DNA of 64,000 nucleotides from the IMG/VR virus record IMGVR_UViG_3300024503_000015, positions 206,182 through 270,181 of that record. One strand, written 5' to 3'. The position numbers and the translations under genes are program-made. How positions within the stretch are numbered: the stretch's first letter is position 1; the number at the start of each line of letters is the position of its first letter. The notes under the pieces are model-generated. The model searched no databases, had not been told where the DNA came from, and worked only from the letters and a program-made list of their open reading frames with translations. Shown here piece after piece: positions 40,281-47,594 of the stretch.

Positions 40281-40355
40281 TGGTATAGCGTACGGGGATC
40301 GAACCCGCCTAGTCACCTTGAAAGGGTGATGACCTCCCCAGAAGTCGAACGCTAT
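40281..40355 (-). tRNA. tRNA-Glu(TTC), second copy
   Basis: TCACC-CT TTC AA-GGTGA. Confidence 0.85.
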
Positions 40356-40361
40356 GTAAAT

Positions 40362-40435
40362 TGGTTCCTGGACCGAGAATTGAACTCAGAATGACCGGTT
40401 ATCAGCCGATTGTTATACCATTTAACTATCCAGGA
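40362..40435 (-). tRNA. tRNA-Ile(GAT)
   Basis: ATCGG-CT GAT AA-CCGGT. Confidence 0.9.
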
Positions 40436-40442
40436 ATAATAC

Positions 40443-40520
40443 TATACAAAAAGAAACTAACGACAATGCGCTATGCACCCAGAGTCTATAGTTCCTGGCT
40501 GTGGTTAGTTTGTTTTTATA
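40443..40520 (-). ncRNA. Stem-enclosed small RNA
   Basis: TATAAAAACAAACTAAC/GTTAGTTTCTTTTTGTA. Confidence 0.45.
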
Positions 40521-40523
40521 CAC

Positions 40524-40622
40524 TACCATATGGAAGCACTCTTATGCCTTTTTCGTCATAAGATGGTGGCCCGTCCTTACTACTGACGCTATGCGACCAG
40601 TTAAGAATGCTTTCATATGGTA
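40524..40622 (-). ncRNA. Stem-enclosed small RNA
   Basis: TACCATATGAAAGCATTCTTA/TAAGAGTGCTTCCATATGGTA; overlaps the tRNA-Lys CCA. Confidence 0.5.
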
Positions 40623-40692
40623 GGGGCACAGAGAATCGAACTCTGATTTACGGGTTAAAAGCCCGCTACTTTAACCATTAAGTTATACCCCC
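40618..40692 (-). tRNA. tRNA-Lys(TTT)
   Basis: GCGGG-CT TTT AA-CCCGT. Confidence 0.9.
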
Positions 40693-40695
40693 ATA

Positions 40696-40771
40696 TGGTC
40701 CCTGCTGTGAGATTCGAACTCACACCTCATTGATTAAGAGTCAAGTGCGCTACCATTGACGCTAAACAGGG
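40696..40771 (-). tRNA. tRNA-Lys(CTT)
   Basis: TTGA-CT CTT AA-TCAA. Confidence 0.9.
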
Positions 40772-40833
40772 TTGTACGTATTGATTTGATTTTACGTGCC
40801 AACCCTAGACCATACGGGAGATCTAGAGTGACA

Positions 40834-40854
40834 CTAACGTTTAGCACGTTTCAT
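40834..40854 (-). CDS. Minigene MKRAKR-TAG
   Basis: SD AAGGAG 6 nt upstream; stop followed by a long hairpin. Confidence 0.45.
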   Translation of the reverse strand: MKRAKR

Positions 40855-40866
40855 GCTACTCTCCTT

Positions 40867-40929
40867 TTAATATTTTTTCAAAACTTGATACAACACGAAC
40901 ATTATAACTAACACTACAAGTACTGCCAT
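40867..40929 (-). CDS. 20-aa single-TM peptide
   Basis: SD AAGGAG; MAVLVVLVIMFVLYQVLKKY. Confidence 0.5.
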   Translation of the reverse strand: MAVLVVLVIMFVLYQVLKKY

Positions 40930-40942
40930 AATATTCTCCTTA

Positions 40943-41032
40943 TGGTCCCCCGTTGAGGAATCGAACCTCATCCTGGACCTTATCTAGATTAATCGGTTAT
41001 AAGCCGACCTGCTCTCCATGAGCTAACGGGGG
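40943..41032 (-). tRNA. tRNA-Ile(TAT) with long variable region
   Basis: GTCGG-CT TAT AA-CCGAT; about 20-nt extra arm. Confidence 0.8.
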
Positions 41033-41040
41033 ATATAACC

Positions 41041-41118
41041 TGGAGCAACGGGTCAGATTTGAACTGACGGTTTTACGGATTTGCAATCCGTTGCATTGGG
41101 CCTCTCTGCCACCGTTGC
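41041..41118 (-). tRNA. tRNA-Cys(GCA)
   Basis: U73; anticodon GCA. Confidence 0.9.
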
Positions 41119-41123
41119 ATTAT

Positions 41124-41198
41124 TGGCGTACCCCCAGGGACTCGAACCCCGACTAGCAGTTTTGGAGACTGTCGTGCTGCCATTAACACTAGGGATAC
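41124..41198 (-). tRNA. tRNA-Trp(CCA)
   Basis: CAGT-CT CCA AA-ACTG. Confidence 0.9.
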
Positions 41199-41218
41199 AT
41201 AACACTCTCTTTCGAAAG

Positions 41219-41286
41219 TGTGTATTAAAGCATACTACTCATCGGCTACTGCCATTTGATTGTTCGGCAGTATGCTTTAATACGCT
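41219..41286 (-). ncRNA. Stem-enclosed small RNA
   Basis: GCGTATTAAAGCATACT/AGTATGCTTTAATACAC. Confidence 0.5.
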
Positions 41287-41398
41287 ACCTTTTTACACAT
41301 TCTAGTTATCGCCTAGAACTTACCATCCGGTAGGCCGCCCACATTAAGCCCATGTTTTACGTGCAGGCAGGGTCGCGTTCCCTATAACACGTTTGAGA

Positions 41399-41569
41399 TT
41401 AGTCTTGCTCTACGAGCTCAACTTCTCTCTTGTAAAGTGCTGTGTGATAAGCACGAGCACGATTAAACTTTTCTTCGATGAGTTTTTCAAAAGCATCGTC
41501 GTCCAGTTCATGCTCACTTAGCACTTTGGCACTTTTCTGTTTTCTAAAATCTTCAAAATTCATTTTCAT
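41399..41569 (-). CDS. Small hypothetical protein (56 aa, not in ORF track)
   Basis: MKMNFEDFRKQK...LVEQD; first ORF after the attenuator. Confidence 0.5.
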   Translation of the reverse strand: MKMNFEDFRKQKSAKVLSEHELDDDAFEKLIEEKFNRARAYHTALYKREVELVEQD

Positions 41570-41580
41570 TTCCAAATCTT

Positions 41581-41616
41581 ACAAAACAAAAAACCCTGGG
41601 TTTTTAGTCCAGGGTT
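41581..41616 (-). terminator. Attenuator terminator at the head of the tRNA array
   Basis: AACCCTGG-ACTAAAAAC-CCAGGGTT-TTTTGTTTTGT. Confidence 0.85.
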
Positions 41617-41642
41617 CTTAAAAGTTATTGTGTATGTTACTG

Positions 41643-41804
41643 TTAACTTACACGATCCTCCAAGAACCCTACGATAATCTCAGGTGTACGATCATTACCT
41701 AGACCTAGCCCGACATTACTAAACTGTGACCAATAGGCGGACATACATGCCGGCGCTTTGGCTTGTTTAGATATCGTTTGTCTATGTAAACTAATCGTTT
41801 GCAT
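41643..41804 (-). CDS. Attenuator leader peptide (53 aa, all 20 amino acids)
   Basis: MQTISLHRQTISKQAKAPACMSAYWSQFSNVGLGLGNDRTPEIIVGFLEDRVS; contains AGGGTTCTT, complementary to the terminator 5' arm. Confidence 0.7.
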   Translation of the reverse strand: MQTISLHRQTISKQAKAPACMSAYWSQFSNVGLGLGNDRTPEIIVGFLEDRVS

Positions 41805-41862
41805 TTTGTTTCTCTTTTTCTTACCTTCTTAAAAGTTGTAGCGGAATTGCTACTGTCTTTGT

Positions 41863-41984
41863 ATTGTAATGCCTTTCAACATCTTTGTCAACATCTTTTT
41901 GTCTTTTTTGGACAACCTAATGTTTTGTGGAAAGTGATTGCTTTACAATATTTGTATTATATGAGTATTTATAAAACTTGTCAA
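41863..41984 (-). promoter_or_regulatory. Tandem sigma70 promoters (plus late motif) of the tRNA operon
   Basis: TTGACA-N17-TACAAT (41863-41891); TTGACA-N17-TATAAT (41956-41984) with TATAAATA in its spacer. Confidence 0.8.
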
Positions 41985-42041
41985 TACCTATGTTGAAATG
42001 TGGCGATTTTGCAACATTTTGAAAACCGCCACACTTTTGTA

Positions 42042-42560
42042 TTAACCGTTTAGTACTTTTGCTAGACTATTGATCACTGCGGCAATACGTCCGATGTCAC
42101 GAAGTTGTTCTACGGTGTAGCCTTCCTTCTTCAATGTTTCGTAGTGCGCCTTAACACAGAAATGACACTTGCCAACAATACTTGCGGCAAGACTGTATGC
42201 TTCAAAGCGAGCCTTGGTAGTTCCGCCATGGCTTGCGATAGCGTTCATGCGTAACTGTGCTGGCAAGCCCTTTAGTTGCTCATCGTCTGCCATCTCAACA
42301 TATGGATACCAAACGTTGTTCTGTGCCATAATTGAACCAGCGGTCATCGCGGCATCACGTTCTTTTTCGTCTGTGATGTTGCTCATGATGAAACTAATCA
42401 ATTTTCCATTGCCGGTGCTCATAGCCGCGGCCAATGCACAACCTTCTGCTTCTACAACATCTGATAGTGTACTACGCTTGATTACTGCATCCAGATTTAG
42501 TTTTGTGTCCTTGGCGTATTCTGGTAAACCTTCTTTTAATTGATCAACCCATTGTGTCAT
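42042..42560 (-). CDS. ahpD: Alkylhydroperoxidase AhpD
   Basis: LPEYAKDTKLNL, MAQNNVWY, KCHFCVKAH. Confidence 0.92.
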   Translation of the reverse strand: MTQWVDQLKEGLPEYAKDTKLNLDAVIKRSTLSDVVEAEGCALAAAMSTGNGKLISFIMSNITDEKERDAAMTAGSIMAQNNVWYPYVEMADDEQLKGLPAQLRMNAIASHGGTTKARFEAYSLAASIVGKCHFCVKAHYETLKKEGYTVEQLRDIGRIAAVINSLAKVLNG

Positions 42561-42979
42561 AGTGTGTCTCCTTTAGTTGCTTTGGCTATGCTTTTATAGC
42601 CTTTGTAAGTTGGGTGTACGTGATCCGGGCTAGTTTCGTGCTTTCTAGCATCTATTACAAAGTCCTTGTATTTTTCTGCTACTGCAAGAACTGCCCGTCT
42701 CTTATCGTCCTTGATATTAGGTACAATCCAATAAACACGAGTGGCGTCTACTAGTTGTCTTAGACTGTCTAGTTCCTCCACTGTGTTTATTTTTGCTGTA
42801 TCGTTTGACCCTAGACTAATGATTACATTTTTTGCCTGTGTAGTGCCCTGAGTGTGTAACACATGACGATTAACATAGTCATAACTGTTAATGCCACTCT
42901 TAGCACGAGTAACACATTCTGTACGAACTTGTCCTACTCCTACTGCTAGGCTATCGCCTAGGATTAAACAATCAAGCAT
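42557..42979 (-). CDS. SGNH/GDSL hydrolase-like protein
   Basis: GDSL, SLGSND, DHVHP. Confidence 0.8.
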   Translation of the reverse strand: MLDCLILGDSLAVGVGQVRTECVTRAKSGINSYDYVNRHVLHTQGTTQAKNVIISLGSNDTAKINTVEELDSLRQLVDATRVYWIVPNIKDDKRRAVLAVAEKYKDFVIDARKHETSPDHVHPTYKGYKSIAKATKGDTL

Positions 42980-42990
42980 AATTGATCCTA

Positions 42991-43530
42991 TCAAAGAGTT
43001 TCGCCGCCTACTGTACGGTTACAAGCGCACAACTCACCAGTTTGTAGCGCATCAAGAATACGTAAAGTTTCTTCTGGGCTACGACCAACGTTCAAGTTGT
43101 TGACAGTAACGTGCTGGATAACGTTCTCTGGGTCAACAATAAATGTAGCACGTAGAGCCGCACCTGCTGGAGCATAAAATACACCCAACTGCTCAATCAA
43201 TGACAACTCGCCACGCTGTGTGTCTGCAAATTGTGTATGTGTAATTTTCTGTAAGTCTGGGTGTGCTTTTTGCCATGCGATTTTACAAAACTCGTTATCT
43301 GTGCTACCTGTTAGCAATACTGCGTCACGGTCAGCAAAGTCACCTGCTAGTTTATCGTAGGCTACAATCTCTGTAGGGCAAACGAATGTGAAGTCCTTTG
43401 GGTAGTAAACGATTACTTTCCACTTGCCAGCAAAACTTTCATCTGTAATGTCAAAGAAAGCATCTTCTGGTTGTCCTGGCTTAACACCAGTAATTGCGAA
43501 TTTTTCTAATTTATGTCCAACTGTTTTCAT
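42991..43530 (-). CDS. ahpC: Peroxiredoxin AhpC
   Basis: YPKDFTFVCPTE...GELCAC. Confidence 0.95.
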   Translation of the reverse strand: MKTVGHKLEKFAITGVKPGQPEDAFFDITDESFAGKWKVIVYYPKDFTFVCPTEIVAYDKLAGDFADRDAVLLTGSTDNEFCKIAWQKAHPDLQKITHTQFADTQRGELSLIEQLGVFYAPAGAALRATFIVDPENVIQHVTVNNLNVGRSPEETLRILDALQTGELCACNRTVGGETL

Positions 43531-43666
43531 TTGTTTCTCCTTGTGTGTGTTTGAAAACTATAACAACTCTTCGTTGTATGTGTATATTATATATCCTATT
43601 AAAATGCAAAATCAATAGGTTTTTCCAATAATTATTTTAATAACGCTTATAGGTTTTTTCAATAAC

Positions 43667-43687
43667 AAAAGGGCCCGAAGGCCCTTT
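43667..43687 (-). terminator. Intrinsic terminator
   Basis: AAAGGGCC-TTCG-GGCCCTTTT; identical hairpin at about 52108-52130. Confidence 0.85.
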
Positions 43688-43703
43688 ATTAATTTTGGTT
43701 TGA

Positions 43704-44264
43704 TTAGAAACCGTACTTGTAACCAACACTTACTACGTTACTGTTGATATCACCTTCCTGGCGATCAAATCCAAGAAAGGCTGTACCATTTTTAGTAACA
43801 CCGTAGTCAGCACCAATTCTCCAAGTGCGTGTCATGTAGTTGTCGCCACTGGAGAAACCAGTACGATAACGATAACCAGCTCTTAGACCAAAACGATCAT
43901 TAACTGCAATCTTAACACCTGGTTCAACAGAGTAGTAATCGAAACGATTACCAACTTGCCATTTCTCACCGACTGCACCGCGAACATATCCGCTTAGTTT
44001 GTCTGTAATACCAACTGTTGGAGTAACACCAACTTCTAGTTTACTAGAGTTTGCACCGTTACCATTTGTGTACATGTTTTCACCTTTTAGGTCAACACCA
44101 ACATTTGATGCGGCTTGTGTACCGATAGTAAACTCATAACCTTGTTGGTTGGCTCCTGTGCCACGTGGATCTTCGAATTTATATTCCAATCCAACTACGT
44201 TACCTGCCGCAGAAGCGACACCGGCAACAGCGGCAAACAGAGTTGCAATAACAAATTTTTTCAT
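43704..44264 (-). CDS. Outer-membrane beta-barrel protein
   Basis: Signal peptide, alternating beta-strands, C-terminal GYKYGF. Confidence 0.8.
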   Translation of the reverse strand: MKKFVIATLFAAVAGVASAAGNVVGLEYKFEDPRGTGANQQGYEFTIGTQAASNVGVDLKGENMYTNGNGANSSKLEVGVTPTVGITDKLSGYVRGAVGEKWQVGNRFDYYSVEPGVKIAVNDRFGLRAGYRYRTGFSSGDNYMTRTWRIGADYGVTKNGTAFLGFDRQEGDINSNVVSVGYKYGF

Positions 44265-44399
44265 TTTAAATTTTCCTTATGTGTAAACCGTACGGCAAAT
44301 TTACATACCTTCCGTACGGCAATTAAAAGCGATTATACTAAATCACTTTGTATAGTATATATAAGTGTAAATCAGTAGTCAATATATTTTAGTGCCAAA

Positions 44400-44939
44400 T
44401 CAACTATATTCAAACGGTGTACTTGGGTGTCCATAGTCGACATGTAAATTGGATCCTTTAGTGTCATCGTATTGTGTGTAGTACGACTCGTTTGGTTTAA
44501 CTTCTCTCCAATCATCATACTTGAGTTGGGCGAACGTTACTTGTTTCCTATCCAAAAGATCACAAATAATAAATGTACTAGTACATCTACCTTGAATGTA
44601 TTTCATAGGACCGTGCTTGTATTCGTTAGCCAACAATGCTTTGTGCATTTCGCTATGAGGTCTAAACATAATTCTAGTAATACCTAACTTTTGGTTACGT
44701 AGTCTAAATTTATCTATTAACGTGAGTTCGGAGATTTGAGCATTGTTTTCATCGTCGACACGTAATAGTACGTTCTTGACTTTAATGCTACCTTTTGTAT
44801 GACTGTTGTCTGGTGTTTCCTTGGTGCTCCAAGCAACTGTACAGTCTACGTGATTGACATATAATGTCTCCCCATGAAATTTTAAGACCCACATAGGTAT
44901 GGTCTGATCTTCTAAGTGTTTTTTGTTAAAATGGAACAC
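44400..44939 (-). CDS. Hypothetical protein; upstream ATG at 44972 is separated by an in-frame TAG
   Basis: FHFNK, YVNHV, STKETPDN.HTKG. Confidence 0.7.
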   Translation of the reverse strand: MFHFNKKHLEDQTIPMWVLKFHGETLYVNHVDCTVAWSTKETPDNSHTKGSIKVKNVLLRVDDENNAQISELTLIDKFRLRNQKLGITRIMFRPHSEMHKALLANEYKHGPMKYIQGRCTSTFIICDLLDRKQVTFAQLKYDDWREVKPNESYYTQYDDTKGSNLHVDYGHPSTPFEYS

Positions 44940-45020
44940 TAGGTCCTTACAAGCATATTCAATCTATTTCATTTTCGTTTCCTTTAGTTAAAGGGGGACT
45001 TTCACCCCCCGTGTTTTTAT

Positions 45021-45779
45021 TTACGCAAATATTTCTAATGCAGTACCGCATTCTGAACAGAACTTAGCGTGAGCTTTATTCTGCTTGCCGCAAGTTACGC
45101 ATTTTGGTTTGGCTTTAACTGTCACTGCCTTTTCAACAGGTTTGTTATCTCCCAAGTCGCCTACTAGTCTCAGCACAATATTGTGTACTGTAGATTCTAG
45201 TGCGCCAACTGTGACATGTTGGAATGACTGAGTGGACTTGCTACCTGGAACAGTAATGCCGGTTTCATTTTTAAAACTTGCGGCACTTGCTGTTACATTC
45301 ATACTGTTAAGACTGGCATTGGTAGAGTAAGTAGCACCCATCGGGCTTGCCCAATCTCCTGTACTACCACTAATACCCCTAGTAAGAGTAGTTGAGCTCC
45401 AAGTAGGAATGTTTAGAATAGGGCGTGGAATTTCAAATTGATATTCAACACGGATTAACCCGTCTTCTAGTTTGATACCACGTGGACCATCTTCAATTGC
45501 ACTTGTGCGTTCGATAAACTTAAACTTGTTACCTTCGGAGAGATTGCCGTTTTTAATCCAACGCTCTAAGTCGACAGTCCGACCCGGGTCAATGACCAAT
45601 CCGCCAGGGACGACATTCTCTCCGTCGATAAACACATTTACGACAGCACGAGTTGTATTAAGATTTTTGAGTAAGATACTATATTCGCTAGCGAACGGAA
45701 TATAGACTGTGTCCTTGAATTCACGGAGCACTTTGCCTTTTGATTTGATAGAGGCTACTAGTTTTTGATTATACATCAT
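45021..45779 (-). CDS. Hypothetical protein with C-terminal zinc ribbon
   Basis: EYSILLKN...CVTCG...FCSECG. Confidence 0.8.
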   Translation of the reverse strand: MMYNQKLVASIKSKGKVLREFKDTVYIPFASEYSILLKNLNTTRAVVNVFIDGENVVPGGLVIDPGRTVDLERWIKNGNLSEGNKFKFIERTSAIEDGPRGIKLEDGLIRVEYQFEIPRPILNIPTWSSTTLTRGISGSTGDWASPMGATYSTNASLNSMNVTASAASFKNETGITVPGSKSTQSFQHVTVGALESTVHNIVLRLVGDLGDNKPVEKAVTVKAKPKCVTCGKQNKAHAKFCSECGTALEIFA

Positions 45780-45858
45780 GGTTCTTCCTTTTTACGGCGT
45801 ACACTCTAAACGCCTAGTTATTAAAGAGTGTTAGTGTAGGACCACCCTACAAATTTAT

Positions 45859-46083
45859 TTATATCGGCACTTCGATCAGTTGAAAAATTCTCCAATCTCT
45901 GCGATCAGCCACTTTTTTCTTCTTGTTCTCTTCCTGAACATACTTCAAGAAGCTCTGTGCCTGTTCCATAGTACCGTAGAAGATGTCATTACCGTAAGCA
46001 TAAGTTCCTACCGAGCCGGTTTCGCCTTCCCAGTAATGTCCTACTGCGTAGTTAAACTGTTTTGCTTGTTTCTTCTTTGCCAT
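45859..46083 (-). CDS. Hypothetical protein
   Basis: ORF within the operon. Confidence 0.55.
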   Translation of the reverse strand: MAKKKQAKQFNYAVGHYWEGETGSVGTYAYGNDIFYGTMEQAQSFLKYVQEENKKKKVADRRDWRIFQLIEVPI

Positions 46084-46300
46084 GATTGTCTTTCATATAT
46101 GGCGGAATCTTTTCAGATTCTTCTTGTGTCATAAACCGTTGTGGTTCATGTGCCCAATGTGGCATCCATGACCAACCCCACGACTTCCAATATTTGGCAA
46201 CTAAGTTATTAGCGATAAGAATACCGCCTAGGATTATCAAGAATCCTAAAACTGTTAAAACTGATCCGGCTAAAAATACTGCCGCCTGATCCATATCCAT
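46052..46300 (-). CDS. Membrane protein
   Basis: One TM helix. Confidence 0.6.
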   Translation of the reverse strand: MDMDQAAVFLAGSVLTVLGFLIILGGILIANNLVAKYWKSWGWSWMPHWAHEPQRFMTQEESEKIPPYMKDNHGKEETSKTV

Positions 46301-46321
46301 ACTACTTCTCTTTCTTAAAAA

Positions 46322-46395
46322 TGGTGCGCTAGACAGGAATCGAACCTGCTATCGGGAGTTTAGAAGTCCCTGCCTATCCATTGAGCTTCAAGCGC
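46322..46395 (-). tRNA. Atypical tRNA: amber (CTA) or Arg(TCT) with expanded loop
   Basis: GGGA-C TT CTA AA C-TCCC; Arg-type D loop GGATA; CCA. Confidence 0.7.
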
Positions 46396-46396
46396 A

Positions 46397-46606
46397 TTAT
46401 CGTTCCCAAATTGTAGTCATGTTGAGCCAACGTGCTACGGGTTTAACTACCAGCGGAATCATTAAGCAAAGAATCCAAACCATTTGGATGTATTCTGCTT
46501 CTGTAAATTTGTAGGCAATGTTAGCAAAGCCAACTACTAGATAAATGGCGGACAGCCAAAAGAGGTAATGTCCGCCACTGCGTTGCCAAAGTAAACGTTT
46601 TAACAT
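46397..46606 (-). CDS. Membrane protein
   Basis: Two TM helices. Confidence 0.6.
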   Translation of the reverse strand: MLKRLLWQRSGGHYLFWLSAIYLVVGFANIAYKFTEAEYIQMVWILCLMIPLVVKPVARWLNMTTIWER

Positions 46607-46607
46607 A

Positions 46608-47408
46608 TTACTTACCGTTGGTAGTAACAGTAGGAGTTACAACACCGTTGATAACCAAAGTTTGACCTTTGAAGTTGGCAATAGCATCGGGCAACTTACG
46701 CATGGCTTCTGCTTCTGCCTCCGCCTTCAACAATGGAATTGCCATCGGATTGGCCTGCATCGATTCGTTACGTTTCTTAGCAGTAGCAACTTTGACTTCT
46801 TCGGTCTTGTACTCGTTCTTGGCTTTGACCAATTCGTTGGCGCTGGCTACAACAGAGTCTGCAGGCACAATGTTACGAATAAGAACTTGTCCAATTACAA
46901 TAGTACCATCCAACTTTTCTTCAGCCAGTGTACGAGTAACTTGTTCTTTGATTTCAGTTTCCATTGCTTGACGTGCATCACCCATTTCCAATGCTTCATA
47001 CTTACGTGCGGCTTTGTAGATAGCATTACGTGAAGCATTAAAGATGTAATTATACATCAAGTAAACATCGCCATTATGACTAGCGTGGAATGATTTATTT
47101 TTTGTATTATAAATCTCGGCCACTTGTGCTTGATTGATATTATAAGTAACCAACGCATCAAAGTCCTTCATTGTGCTATTATCTTTAGCCAATGGAGTCA
47201 TGTCTTCAACTTTGACACTAATTTCCTTAGTTGGGAATGTAAGTACATCGCCGATAATAGTTTGGTTAAACGAACCAGGAAGCAATTCCTCATTCTTGAC
47301 CTGCTTGTCAAAACCGACACGGAGACCAACTTCACCAGTTTCGATACGAGTACAACCCGTTGCCAAAACTGCGGCGGCAAGAATAGAGAGAGTTAAAATA
47401 CGCTTCAT
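46608..47408 (-). CDS. SPFH/band 7 lipoprotein
   Basis: Lipobox LATGC, RIETGEVG, SPFH-like body. Confidence 0.8.
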   Translation of the reverse strand: MKRILTLSILAAAVLATGCTRIETGEVGLRVGFDKQVKNEELLPGSFNQTIIGDVLTFPTKEISVKVEDMTPLAKDNSTMKDFDALVTYNINQAQVAEIYNTKNKSFHASHNGDVYLMYNYIFNASRNAIYKAARKYEALEMGDARQAMETEIKEQVTRTLAEEKLDGTIVIGQVLIRNIVPADSVVASANELVKAKNEYKTEEVKVATAKKRNESMQANPMAIPLLKAEAEAEAMRKLPDAIANFKGQTLVINGVVTPTVTTNGK

Positions 47409-47417
47409 TGTTTTTCC

Positions 47418-47594
47418 TTAAAATAAAATTACGATTGCTGTCATCACCATTAGTGCTAACAGTGAAACAATTATACTATAGGCCAATGACTTTGTCAATG
47501 ACCAACGCTCCTTGCCCTCCATTTTCCTCCAGGTAGTAATACCTAAATGGATCAGGACGGCAAGGATTGCAAAGACTAGCCAAAGTCTAATCAT
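47418..47594 (-). CDS. Small membrane protein (not in ORF track)
   Basis: 58 aa, two TM helices, ATGA overlap. Confidence 0.6.
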   Translation of the reverse strand: MIRLWLVFAILAVLIHLGITTWRKMEGKERWSLTKSLAYSIIVSLLALMVMTAIVILF

